DNA from: a virus
Lineage: Duplodnaviria > Caudoviricetes
Virus record (IMG/VR): IMGVR_UViG_3300022218_000004
Coordinates: 1-42,129 of that record
Strand: one strand, 5' to 3'
DNA: 42,129 nt
The notes beneath the pieces are model-generated. The model was not told the DNA's origin and searched no databases. It saw only the letters and a list, made by a program, of their open reading frames with translations. Each line of letters opens with the position of its first letter. Within the stretch, counting starts at the first letter, position 1. The position numbers and the translations under genes were made by a program. Below, piece by piece: positions 6,548 to 16,221 of the stretch.

Positions 6548-8134
6548 ATGCCACTCCAAAAAATTGAATTACCACAATCAGCCTTAAGGCCGAACGTAAT
6601 CGACAAGGTTGCGCAGTATTTTCCAGGATGGGCGAAGTCGAGGCATGAAAGCCGGATGAAACTTGCGGCCACCGCTGGCGGTTACGAGGCGGCGGCTAAA
6701 TCAAGCGCGGTTTTCGACGGTTACACGACGGCCTTGACTGATGCTGATAGCTCGGTTGATTTCGGGGAAAGGCTGACGATAGTCGAAAGAGACAGGCAGC
6801 TTGTCAGGGATGTTCCGGTTGCTCGGGGTCTGATAAATCGTGTTTGTGACCATGCAATCGGGGCCCGGGGCTTAACCCTTCATCCACAAATTGATGCCCG
6901 TTTGCTCGGATGGGATCAGGAAAGGGCGACGGCTTGGCAAGATGAAGCCGAAAGTTTGTGGCGGATATGGTCAGAATCACAAGAAAGCGACCTGGCAAGA
7001 ATTCAGAACTTTCAAGAAAAGACATATTTAACACTGGAATCGATGCTTGAGGGCGGCGACTGCTTTACGCTTTTCACGAATAAAAAACGGGCCGGCTCTG
7101 ATTTCAAGCTGAAACTTCAAACAATCGAAAGTGAGAGAGTTAGCAATAAAGACTATGAGCAAGACACCGCGGAAAAAGTCGAGGGAGTAATAAAAGGCGA
7201 ATACGGCGAGCCAATACAATATCAAATATCAAATGCTATCGCTGGCGATTACTCCAAAAATATTGAAATCAAGTGGGAAACAAGAAACATTTTCGACAGC
7301 AGGACCGGACGCCGAAACATTCTGCAGCATTATAACCAGATCAGACCGGGGCAAACGCGGGGAATCCCGATCCTGGGAACCGTAACAGATAAATTGGTTC
7401 AGCTCGGCAGATTATCAAACGCTGAATTATTAGCGGCCGTTATCAACAGCTATTACACTTTGGTAATTACCGGCGAGCCAGGCGACACAAAGCAGACGAA
7501 ACAGTCCCCTTCTCAATCCGGGACACAATCGTTAAATGATAAGCTGACGCTTGGATCCGGATCAATTGTGAGGGCTGACGCTGGAACAGGATTTCAATCG
7601 TTCGAAACAAAAAGACCGTACTCAGGATTTGAGCCTTATTTTAATGCAATGGTTGCCGAAATTGGCGCGGCGGTTGGAGTTCCGAGAAGTTTGATTATGA
7701 TGACTTTTGATAAGTCATATTCTGCCAGCCGGGGTGAGGTTCTTTTAGCCTGGGTTTATTTTTTGGCAAAGCGGACCGACATGGCCGTTGGATTATGTCA
7801 GCCAACTTACGAGGCTTTTTTAGATGAGGTTGTTTCAGAGGGGATACTTGACGCGCCTGGATATTTTTCAAATCACAGAATTAAAAAGGCTTTTCAAGGG
7901 TCAGCTTACAACCAATGGACGGGACCGACAAGGCCTGCAATTGACGAGCTAAAAGAATCAAGAGCGAATGCCCTTTATCATAAAATGGGTGTCAAAAGTT
8001 TGACGGGAATCACAACAGAAACAACCGGTAAGGATTGGGTTAAAGTCACCGAACAGCTAAAGCGAGAAAATGAACTGAGAACAAAAGCAGGACTCGAAGA
8101 GCTTGCCGACGTTCCAGGATTGGGGGAAGCATGA
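6548..8134 (+). CDS. Portal protein, lambda family
   Basis: LKLQTIESER, RPGQTRGIP, SYSASR, IDELKE motifs; 528 aa. Confidence 0.95.
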   Translation: MPLQKIELPQSALRPNVIDKVAQYFPGWAKSRHESRMKLAATAGGYEAAAKSSAVFDGYTTALTDADSSVDFGERLTIVERDRQLVRDVPVARGLINRVCDHAIGARGLTLHPQIDARLLGWDQERATAWQDEAESLWRIWSESQESDLARIQNFQEKTYLTLESMLEGGDCFTLFTNKKRAGSDFKLKLQTIESERVSNKDYEQDTAEKVEGVIKGEYGEPIQYQISNAIAGDYSKNIEIKWETRNIFDSRTGRRNILQHYNQIRPGQTRGIPILGTVTDKLVQLGRLSNAELLAAVINSYYTLVITGEPGDTKQTKQSPSQSGTQSLNDKLTLGSGSIVRADAGTGFQSFETKRPYSGFEPYFNAMVAEIGAAVGVPRSLIMMTFDKSYSASRGEVLLAWVYFLAKRTDMAVGLCQPTYEAFLDEVVSEGILDAPGYFSNHRIKKAFQGSAYNQWTGPTRPAIDELKESRANALYHKMGVKSLTGITTETTGKDWVKVTEQLKRENELRTKAGLEELADVPGLGEA

Positions 8135-9450
8135 AAATTTTAGGGCTTTTAAACGCGCCATGGATGATAGACCAGGGCTCTTTGACAGAGATAACGCAGG
8201 AATATATCAACCACATGCAGGGCGAAAAGCTTGATTTTAAAGCTTTGCTGACTGACCAACAGAGAGGGCGGCCGGCTTTCGAGGTTCAGGGCTCTACCGC
8301 AATCATCCCCTTAAAAGGCGTAATGTCTCCGGGAATGTCGTTTTTTACATTCTTTTTTGATGGAACCTCAACCAAAAACGTTCAAAAGAATATCCAGGCC
8401 GCAATTGACAGCGCAGAAATTGACAAAATTATCATTGATGTAAATTCAGGCGGCGGAGCTGTAGAGGGCGCGTTCGAACTTGCTGATTTTATCGCAGAGG
8501 CTGCGACAATAAAAGAGGTGATAGCCTTTTCAGATGGAACAATCGCCAGCGCTGCATATTTGGCTGTCTCGGGCGCGTCTAAAATCTATATCACAGGAAA
8601 ATCAAATCAAGTTGGATCAATCGGAGTTATAGCAAGGCGGCTTGATGTTTCAAAAATGAATGAAATGGAAGGGCTTGCCGTCAATGAGTTCGTGACGGGT
8701 GTTTACAAGAATAGCCTTTCGAGAGATAAGCCGCTGTCAGAAACGGACGCGGCCGAAATACAGTTAATGGTTGATAAGAATTTCGAGCCTATGGTCGCAG
8801 ATATTGCAGCGCGGCGCGGCATGGATCCACAACAAATCATTGACATGCAAGGCCGCATTTTTATCGGTGCGGAATCAATTGAAGTTGGACTTGTGGACGG
8901 TGTTGCCACATTGAATGAATTAATCAATAACGAGGCCGGTGCGCCAATTTTAAACCAAAATCAAAGGGCAAATATGACAAAGGATGAACTCAAGGCTAAT
9001 CATCCGGAGCTATTCGCAGAACTTGAAGCCGAAGCGGAAGCCAAGACTTTGAACGCGGATTTGTCAGCACAAGCAAAAGTTGAAGAAAGGGAAAGAATTC
9101 AAGGCATCAACGCCGCCTGTTTTCCCGGTCAAGAGGCGCTTGCGGCTGAAATGATAGCAGACGGAAAGACAAGCCCAGGGGAAGCCGCGATTCGATTTAA
9201 CGCGGTTGAGAAACAAACCAGGATTGACGCAGGGGCGAAAATTGCAGCCGGAATGCCGGAGCCAGTCGCACAACCCGAGCCGGTTGTCACGGATCCGAAA
9301 CCAGCAGAGCCGGAAGCAAAAACGCCGGAACAGGAATTCGAAGGTTCAAAAGAGCTGCAAGCAGAATTCCAGGATTTTGAAACTTACAAGGCATATCTGG
9401 ACGCAACACAAGCCGGGCATGTTCGTGTATTTCAGGGGAGGGATGAATAA
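8131..9450 (+). CDS. S49 (gpC-like) prohead protease with C-terminal scaffold
   Basis: IDVNSGGG, ASAAY, VGSIGV motifs; MTKDELKANHPEL...ERERIQGI scaffold segment with a possible internal start. Confidence 0.92.
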   Translation: MKILGLLNAPWMIDQGSLTEITQEYINHMQGEKLDFKALLTDQQRGRPAFEVQGSTAIIPLKGVMSPGMSFFTFFFDGTSTKNVQKNIQAAIDSAEIDKIIIDVNSGGGAVEGAFELADFIAEAATIKEVIAFSDGTIASAAYLAVSGASKIYITGKSNQVGSIGVIARRLDVSKMNEMEGLAVNEFVTGVYKNSLSRDKPLSETDAAEIQLMVDKNFEPMVADIAARRGMDPQQIIDMQGRIFIGAESIEVGLVDGVATLNELINNEAGAPILNQNQRANMTKDELKANHPELFAELEAEAEAKTLNADLSAQAKVEERERIQGINAACFPGQEALAAEMIADGKTSPGEAAIRFNAVEKQTRIDAGAKIAAGMPEPVAQPEPVVTDPKPAEPEAKTPEQEFEGSKELQAEFQDFETYKAYLDATQAGHVRVFQGRDE

Positions 9451-10373
9451 TGACAACTTTAGCCAAAGATACACCGAGAAACTACGGCCAGGGTGACATG
9501 AATGACCTTCCCGTTATTGCTTCAGATATCATTTACGAAGGCGCTTTTGTCGGTGAAAATGCGAGCGGATATTCACGGCCCTTGGTGGCTGGCGATCCGT
9601 TTCAGGGTGTTTGTATGCGTCAAGCCGATAATTCAAGCGGAGCCGCCGGTGATATTAACGTAAGGGTTCGCTCAAATGGAATTCTGTCAAATATCGCTGT
9701 AGCTGGCGCAACTGCCATTACTGCAAATGACTTTCCGCCTGTTTACGCTTCAGACGATAATACTTTGACGCTGACAGCCGGAACAAATACCAAAATCGGA
9801 AACGTTTTGCGGTGGATTTCATCTGGTATTTGCGACGTAACGTTTGACACGCCTCGCCCGCCCTCAACAGTTGGAACGGCTGACATTGAAGACGAAGCCG
9901 TGACAGTTGGTAAAATGGCCGATCTTGCACAGGGTTCTATTTATTCAGGACAGGCAAGCAACCGACCGGCGGCGCTGGCAGCGGAGACAGATGCGCAAAT
10001 CCTTATAGGCGACGGCACCGACATTAATAGTGTTGCTGTTTCTGGCGATGTTACAATTGACAACGCCGGAGCCGTTACAATCGGAGCGGCTAAGATTTTG
10101 CTCGCAATGTTGGCGACTGGAATCGCCCCAAGTCACGTTATTAAGTTTGCCGGTGAGGTTACTTGGACCGGCGGCGGCGCAACGTTGGCGCATACCGTAA
10201 CGGGGGCTCTTGCAACTGACATTGTTACCGCAACCTTTCACACACTCGGAAGCGAGGGAACCATTATTCAAGGCGCGGTTGCTTCAGCCGATACTGTGAC
10301 GTTCACTTTGGACGCTGCGAACACTTCAAACGACGCTGTTATTTCCTATGTAGTCTATAGGGCCGCAGCTTAA
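9450..10373 (+). CDS. Capsid decoration/cement protein (DUF2190-like) with a fibre-like C-terminal extension
   Basis: IYEGAFVG...VYASDDNTLTLT..IG N-terminus; IEDEAVTVGKMA and GDVTIDNAGAVTIG repeats; between protease and capsid. Confidence 0.7.
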   Translation: MTTLAKDTPRNYGQGDMNDLPVIASDIIYEGAFVGENASGYSRPLVAGDPFQGVCMRQADNSSGAAGDINVRVRSNGILSNIAVAGATAITANDFPPVYASDDNTLTLTAGTNTKIGNVLRWISSGICDVTFDTPRPPSTVGTADIEDEAVTVGKMADLAQGSIYSGQASNRPAALAAETDAQILIGDGTDINSVAVSGDVTIDNAGAVTIGAAKILLAMLATGIAPSHVIKFAGEVTWTGGGATLAHTVTGALATDIVTATFHTLGSEGTIIQGAVASADTVTFTLDAANTSNDAVISYVVYRAAA

Positions 10374-10379
10374 CAAACA

Positions 10380-10400
10380 GCGGGCGATTTTGCCCGCTTT
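10380..10400 (+). terminator. Stem-loop between decoration and capsid genes
   Basis: AGCGGGCG-ATTT-TGCCCGCT followed by TT; weak terminator or mRNA stabiliser. Confidence 0.45.
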
Positions 10401-10456
10401 AACTATCTTTCGCTTTCCCGGTGTTGGAAATCGAAAACCATAATCGGGAGATAAAA

Positions 10457-11422
10457 ATGGGTGTGAATGCATTAGGATCAAGCCGGGGCTTGATCGGGAC
10501 TTTTTACAAAACTTTGCAACAAGATACGGGTGTAAGCTGGATAAATTCAGTTTCAAAGCTTTTCACCTCGAATCAGTTGACAGAGATTTATCGTTGGCTC
10601 GGAATGGTCCCGCAAATGCGTGAATGGATCGGGGCGAGACAGGCAAAAGGCTTTTACGACAATGAGTATTCAATCACGAACAAGCGGTTTGAAGCTACTC
10701 TGGAAGTTTTGAGGGCTGACGCGCAACGTGACGACACCGGCCAAACCCGCATGAGAATCATGGACCTGGCGCGGCGTACCAATTCGCATTGGGCCAAGCT
10801 TCTTACCGATCTGATTATCGCAGGGGAATCAACGACTTGTTACGATGGTCAATATTTTTTCGACACTGACCACGTCGAAGGCAACAACACAACCAGCCAA
10901 AGCAACGATTTATCAATTGATATTTCAGCTTTGCCGACCCAGGTTCATGGATCAACCACGAATCCAAGTTCTGAGGAAATGTCTCAAGTTATTTTGCAAA
11001 CTGTTGAGGCAATCATAGGGTTCAAAGACAATGAAAACGAGCCGATGGGAGAAGAGGCGAACGAATTTCTCGTTATGTGCCCGATTCCGTTGATGTCTTC
11101 CGTCTCTGCAGCGCTTACAAGCCCGACTTTCGGTGGTGGAGCCACTAACCAGCTTTACGGGTTCAAAGAAGATCAGGACTTTTCAATCTCCTTTGCTCCA
11201 AATGCGCGCTTGACCTGGACAGAGCAGATTGCAACTTTCAGGACTGATTCAGGCGGCGGAAAAGCTTTGATTCGCCAGCAAGAAAAAGAGGTTGAGCTGA
11301 AAACAAAGGCCGAGGGATCAGAATTTGAATTTGACAACGACGCTTGGCAATTTGGTGTTGATGCTCGCAGAAATGTCGGATATGGTTTCTGGCAAGACGT
11401 CTGCATGGCTACCATGACATAA
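10457..11422 (+). CDS. Major capsid protein, Mu gpT-like
   Basis: YRWLGMVPQMREWIGAR, NKRFEAT, CYDGQYFFDTDH, FGVDARRNVGYGFWQ; GGGAG RBS before ATG 10457. Confidence 0.93.
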   Translation: MGVNALGSSRGLIGTFYKTLQQDTGVSWINSVSKLFTSNQLTEIYRWLGMVPQMREWIGARQAKGFYDNEYSITNKRFEATLEVLRADAQRDDTGQTRMRIMDLARRTNSHWAKLLTDLIIAGESTTCYDGQYFFDTDHVEGNNTTSQSNDLSIDISALPTQVHGSTTNPSSEEMSQVILQTVEAIIGFKDNENEPMGEEANEFLVMCPIPLMSSVSAALTSPTFGGGATNQLYGFKEDQDFSISFAPNARLTWTEQIATFRTDSGGGKALIRQQEKEVELKTKAEGSEFEFDNDAWQFGVDARRNVGYGFWQDVCMATMT

Positions 11423-11426
11423 ATTT

Positions 11427-11449
11427 AAGGCGGGGCTCCGGTCCCGCTT
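11427..11449 (+). terminator. Stem-loop after the capsid gene
   Basis: GCGGGGC-TCCG-GTCCCGC with only a short T tail. Confidence 0.5.
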
Positions 11450-11468
11450 AACTCAAAAACGGTTTACA

Positions 11469-11954
11469 ATGGAAAATTATATTGTGACGGCGCCATTTAT
11501 CCAAATAAATCCAGGCGCGATTGTTGGCCTCGATGAAAGCCAGGCTAAAAGCAGAGCTTTTGCCCTAAGGACCGTCAAAAATGGAATTTACGAAGTGACA
11601 AACCCTTTCCATTTGAAAATGGGCGAAAACTTCGGTAGCAAGGATCTGATTGACAAGAAATTTGCCCACGCTATCGTTGAAAAATCTGTATTCGACGAGT
11701 TGCCGGTTTCTGAACAAATCAAGGATTTCAACAGGCCTTTGCTTGTAAAATTCGTCGAAGAAAATTGCGACGGATTGAAACTGAATCTGTCAAAAAAGAA
11801 TGACGAATTGAAAGCTGATATTGTCGAATTTTTGACCGGCGAAGTTATCGAGATCAATGCCGAAGAAACAGTGGAGCAAAAAGAAACACCACAGCTTGAA
11901 GAAAAAAAAGAAACAAAGAAGCGCGGGAGAAAATCAGCACCCGGTAAAAGATAA
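11469..11954 (+). CDS. Post-capsid protein with an acidic/basic tail (unknown function)
   Basis: Position after capsid; KKNDELKADIV helix and KKRGRK tail. Confidence 0.6.
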   Translation: MENYIVTAPFIQINPGAIVGLDESQAKSRAFALRTVKNGIYEVTNPFHLKMGENFGSKDLIDKKFAHAIVEKSVFDELPVSEQIKDFNRPLLVKFVEENCDGLKLNLSKKNDELKADIVEFLTGEVIEINAEETVEQKETPQLEEKKETKKRGRKSAPGKR

Positions 11955-11963
11955 GGGGTAAAT

Positions 11964-12245
11964 GTGCCGACATTTTTTGAGAACCAAACAGAAGACACAG
12001 AAGTTGTCAAAGACTGGAACGGCAACGGCACACCCGGCGGGATTCAGTTGGTTGGTGTTTGGGGTGGCGCAACTATAACCGTAACAGGTTCTTATGATAG
12101 CGGCAAAAACTACACAGACCCGGCTTTGAACACTTTCACGAATGATTATATCGACGACTTTCAGGCGGCTACCGGAAAAATTAAAATTGCGTTATCAGGC
12201 GCAACAGCAACGACAAGTTTAAGCGCTTACATTAGCCCAGGTTAA
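11964..12245 (+). CDS. Small beta-rich virion protein
   Basis: GTG start with AAGGGG RBS; GVWGGATITVTGSYDSG pattern. Confidence 0.6.
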   Translation: MPTFFENQTEDTEVVKDWNGNGTPGGIQLVGVWGGATITVTGSYDSGKNYTDPALNTFTNDYIDDFQAATGKIKIALSGATATTSLSAYISPG

Positions 12246-12247
12246 AA

Positions 12248-13558
12248 ATGAGAATTGGTTACAAAGTTCAGATTTACGATAAGGATACAGGTAAGGCGGT
12301 TGATGTAATCAAGACAAATGGATATTACGGTCTTGTCGCGCTCGCCCCTGGGCATATCAGCACAATCAATTCCACAACCGATACGTTAAATGCCGGTCTA
12401 TCATTCACAGGAGAATGGGAAGATATCACAAATTTCGGGGTCATTGTAATTTCTATAACTTCAAATGTAGCCAGCGCGACAAATGGATTAGTTGTTCAAT
12501 TTTCAACAGACGGAACGGTCGCGGGAATTGTAAGCGATGATGAATTTACACTTGCAGCCGGAGCAAAAAAGACATGGAGTTTTCAGGCGGCGGCTCAATA
12601 TTTTAGGGTTGTTTATACGAATGGCGGAACGAATCAAACAAGTTTCAACCTGCAGACAATTTTAAAACCGTATTATGTAAAACCAAGCTCTCATAGAATT
12701 CAGGATATGATCGTTGATGATGACGACGCTGAACTAATGAAAGCTGTTATAACCGGACAAAGTGAGCTAACGGGGTATTTTGAAAACATTTCATCTTACA
12801 GATCGGCTTTAAATGTTAATTCGGCATGGGTTCATAGGAAAATTGTCAATGAAACATTCCACCAACATGATGGATCGACGACTTTAAACACGGCCGCGAC
12901 CGCTGGCGACACTTCAATATCTGTTGCAGATACAACAGGTTTTGCAGTTGGCAATCAAATTAAGATTGAAGAAACGGTTGCCGGCGTTGGTATTCAGGAA
13001 ATTGGAATAATGACATTGACAGCGGTAACACCTGGGACACCTGGAACATTACAACTTGATAGGCCGCTCGGATTCGATTATACGACAGCCGCTACAGTGT
13101 ATGAAGTTCTGACAAATATGAATGTATCCGGAACCCTGGCAAGCCCTGAAATATTTGAAATTGACCCACCGCCGGGAACGGTTTGGCAATTTACGCGGGT
13201 GATGCTTTCAATTACAGATCAGACGGCAATGGATGATGCCAAATTTGGAGGGATAACGGCGCTAACAAACGGCGTTTCACTGAGAGCAACAACAGAAGCC
13301 GGAAGGACTGTCATTTTTGCAAACTGGAAAAGCAACGCCGATATGAAGCTTGACATGTACGACGTTGATTATTCAACAAAAGCGCCGTCCGGTTTTTTCG
13401 GGTTAAACGGTCGTTGGACATTTACAAAGGCCGAAGTTGTCGCAGAGCTGGACGGGGGCGCTTCACCGATTCAAAAACTAGAGGTTTTGATTCAAGACAA
13501 TCTCACAGCCCTTGATACTTTCTATATGAGAGGCCAGGGGCGCGTTTTTAGTCCGTAA
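12248..13558 (+). CDS. Putative virion accessory/fibre protein
   Basis: 436 aa, Thr/Gly-rich; AQYFRVVYTNG and TTLNTAATAGDTSISVADTTGFAVG motifs typical of virion proteins. Confidence 0.65.
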   Translation: MRIGYKVQIYDKDTGKAVDVIKTNGYYGLVALAPGHISTINSTTDTLNAGLSFTGEWEDITNFGVIVISITSNVASATNGLVVQFSTDGTVAGIVSDDEFTLAAGAKKTWSFQAAAQYFRVVYTNGGTNQTSFNLQTILKPYYVKPSSHRIQDMIVDDDDAELMKAVITGQSELTGYFENISSYRSALNVNSAWVHRKIVNETFHQHDGSTTLNTAATAGDTSISVADTTGFAVGNQIKIEETVAGVGIQEIGIMTLTAVTPGTPGTLQLDRPLGFDYTTAATVYEVLTNMNVSGTLASPEIFEIDPPPGTVWQFTRVMLSITDQTAMDDAKFGGITALTNGVSLRATTEAGRTVIFANWKSNADMKLDMYDVDYSTKAPSGFFGLNGRWTFTKAEVVAELDGGASPIQKLEVLIQDNLTALDTFYMRGQGRVFSP

Positions 13559-13561
13559 AAT

Positions 13562-13909
13562 ATGACTCTAAAAAGCCAAATAATTAGCGATATCTCTGCA
13601 GCCTTTATAAATACAGATGAATTTGGATATTCAGCCGTTTGGACTCCGCAAGACGGCATTGCGCAACCGGCTTTCAATGTGATTTATGATGATATAATTT
13701 TACACGGCGACCCTGAACAAGAAAACCCAGTAATACAGCCAGAAACGACAGTCATGGCAGCCACAACAGACGTCGAGAACGTAAAAGAGTACGACACGAT
13801 ACAAATAAATGGAATCATTTTTGAAGCGATCGGCGCTTCATATGTTGACCCGCATAATAGCGGAATGTCACTTATTGATCTCAGAATGCAGACAGAGACA
13901 AGGATATGA
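13562..13909 (+). CDS. Head closure protein (gpFII-like)
   Basis: MTLKSQIISDISAAFINTDEFG N-terminus; size and position. Confidence 0.7.
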   Translation: MTLKSQIISDISAAFINTDEFGYSAVWTPQDGIAQPAFNVIYDDIILHGDPEQENPVIQPETTVMAATTDVENVKEYDTIQINGIIFEAIGASYVDPHNSGMSLIDLRMQTETRI

Positions 13910-14283
13910 TTAAAACACTAAATCGTTATTCCGGTTTGATTAGCGTTGTTGTTCTGATAGTTGGATTCGCTCTAACTATCCAAACATTTGCTTTTGATAT
14001 TGAAAAAAAAATCGATCTTATCACAACCGATTATTCAAAATATAAAGAGACTTCGCTGGCAAATCATAAGGCGTCGGACGCGGTGTTATTGGGCATTAAA
14101 TCAGAGATTGAGAAAGAAAGGATTCATCAAGAATACATGGTGAAGTTGATAGAAAACTCAACACAAGCAACGCGGGACCTGTCGAGAACAGTGAACAGGC
14201 TCAACATTTTACTTGAAAAGATAGCCGCTACAAATGGGGTGTCTAAATTAAACAGGGGGAATCATGTCGAAGAAAACGGGTAA
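13906..14283 (+). CDS. Membrane-anchored coiled-coil protein
   Basis: One N-terminal TM segment (LISVVVLIVGFALTI) followed by a coiled coil. Confidence 0.6.
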   Translation: MIKTLNRYSGLISVVVLIVGFALTIQTFAFDIEKKIDLITTDYSKYKETSLANHKASDAVLLGIKSEIEKERIHQEYMVKLIENSTQATRDLSRTVNRLNILLEKIAATNGVSKLNRGNHVEENG

Positions 14284-14452
14284 AGATCCATTGGAGCAAA
14301 TCGAAATCAAGGAACCATTGAAAGATCACGAAATACATCACAACGATTTTCACATAATTATCAAAAAGGGTGAATTAGTCTCGGTCCCTCGGCTGTTTCT
14401 CCCTAATCTGGTCACAGAGGGCGTGATTAAAACCATTCCAAAAGAGGGGTAA
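14264..14452 (+). CDS. Small protein preceding the tail tube gene
   Basis: AGGGGG RBS; tight packing. Confidence 0.6.
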   Translation: MSKKTGKDPLEQIEIKEPLKDHEIHHNDFHIIIKKGELVSVPRLFLPNLVTEGVIKTIPKEG

Positions 14453-14455
14453 ATT

Positions 14456-15373
14456 ATGGGCACAACACCAACAAATTTTCCAGCGGTAGGGCGTCAATTA
14501 TTCGGCGTGCATTCAGTTTGTTCAATTGACAGAACCACAAGGCTTCCAACTGGGATAGCTCGGATTCTCGGAGACATAAGCCTTGCATTTGAGGCTTCCA
14601 GTGTTGACAACCGGGGCGGGTCTTCTTTCTACCCATGGGCAACTGAGATCACGGAAGTTGACTCAAACATTAATTTTCAGATCAAGGAATATCCAGACTG
14701 GGTAATGCAAAATTATGCAGCGGCAAAAATAACGACTACCGCTGCTAGCGCCACAGACGGAACAGTTTCCGCGCTGGTGAATAAAGAGGGAACGAGCGTT
14801 TTTGACGCTACAACCGGGATTGCAACGGCCACATTGAAATCAGGTGAAGCCGCCAACATGAAAACCGGCGCATTCAGGGTTGTGGCTGCATCAGCTACGA
14901 CCGTCGATGTTTATGCTGTTTCGAATTTTCAATTTACGCGAGGGACAACTCTTTACGCCGACGACAACACAATGAAGATCACGACAAGCCCGCTGACAAT
15001 TGTGGACGCCGGGGCCTCTCCGGCCGAAGTTCCTGGAACCGGGATTGAATTAACAGGCGGGTCTGGCACGGTTGCCATGACTATCGGTGATGTGGCAGAA
15101 TATCACGTCACACCACCTCACAGTGGGATGTCAAAAGTTGAAATTGGCGTTGAAGGATACATTTTCCCGGAGCATGAACTTTATATTTTTGGAAAGCAAC
15201 GAGCAGATGGGAGATCAATGTACGTGCATTGCCCGAAAGCTGTTTGCACGTCCGGGATGACCTGGAACTTTTCACAAGGGGATTTTTCAACAACGGACAT
15301 TTCCGCCAAATTGCTGAATGATTCAGTGCTCGGAAATGTAGCGACTCTGTATTTTTCAGACAACATTCTATAA
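14456..15373 (+). CDS. Major tail (tube) protein
   Basis: 305 aa, Thr/Ala/Gly-rich; strong RBS; precedes the chaperone and tape measure genes. Confidence 0.7.
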   Translation: MGTTPTNFPAVGRQLFGVHSVCSIDRTTRLPTGIARILGDISLAFEASSVDNRGGSSFYPWATEITEVDSNINFQIKEYPDWVMQNYAAAKITTTAASATDGTVSALVNKEGTSVFDATTGIATATLKSGEAANMKTGAFRVVAASATTVDVYAVSNFQFTRGTTLYADDNTMKITTSPLTIVDAGASPAEVPGTGIELTGGSGTVAMTIGDVAEYHVTPPHSGMSKVEIGVEGYIFPEHELYIFGKQRADGRSMYVHCPKAVCTSGMTWNFSQGDFSTTDISAKLLNDSVLGNVATLYFSDNIL

Positions 15374-16221
15374 TGGGACTGTCTGACTTTTGCCCGTATC
15401 CATTGTCTATAGAATGGAACGGGCTTGATATAACATTGAAACCGTTCGACCTTCGGGCTATGTCCTGGTCTGAGCGGTTTTTTAGTTTGGACGGTCAGTG
15501 TGGATTCGAGCGCATGGGCCAGACATTAAAAAACGAACATGGTGACATTGCGCGAGAAAACGCAATCGTTGAAATTGTTTTTCACTTGGCTGGCGATCAG
15601 TTTAAAAAAATCAAAATCTATAAGGATGGATTCAAGGAAACAACGGTCAAAAGAGATTGGAAAGAGCGCCTTTTTTCAAGACCATGGAAGCCACTTGTTA
15701 AAGAAAAGCCAGGCGAGCCAGAACCATGCATGATTGAAAGCGGCTTTATATCAACACCTGAAATACTCAAAGAAGAGATCAGGAATCACAAAAACAAAGT
15801 CGAGATTTTTAACGGGTTTGTGGACAAGATTAACAAAATTATTAACAGCTCATTCACACCACAAGAGGAAGAGGAAGAGCCGAAGGGCGGCTCAATATTC
15901 AATGCATTAAGGGCGCAGTCCAAAGGCGCAAGGAAACAGGATCAAGTAATAGATTGGAGCCCTATCTATGTTGAGCTTTATTCAGCCGGGGGAATGAGCA
16001 TTGAGCAGTTTTTAAGCCTTACACCGAAACAAGTTGATTTATTGCGGCAAGACATACATTGCAAGAGATTTGATGATAACGAATTTAACGCAAAAATACA
16101 CGGTATGAAAATGAAAGGGGCTCCTGTAAGAAGGGGGCAGCAAATGAAATTCTCGAAAGAAGACATTGCAGAGTTTGAGGAAATACACAGCAGGCTAACT
16201 GAAGAGCGAAGGATCAACTAA
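15373..16221 (+). CDS. Tail assembly chaperone (G- and T-like parts in one frame)
   Basis: Position; C-terminal GMSIEQFLSLTPKQVDLL motif. Confidence 0.6.
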   Translation: MGLSDFCPYPLSIEWNGLDITLKPFDLRAMSWSERFFSLDGQCGFERMGQTLKNEHGDIARENAIVEIVFHLAGDQFKKIKIYKDGFKETTVKRDWKERLFSRPWKPLVKEKPGEPEPCMIESGFISTPEILKEEIRNHKNKVEIFNGFVDKINKIINSSFTPQEEEEEPKGGSIFNALRAQSKGARKQDQVIDWSPIYVELYSAGGMSIEQFLSLTPKQVDLLRQDIHCKRFDDNEFNAKIHGMKMKGAPVRRGQQMKFSKEDIAEFEEIHSRLTEERRIN

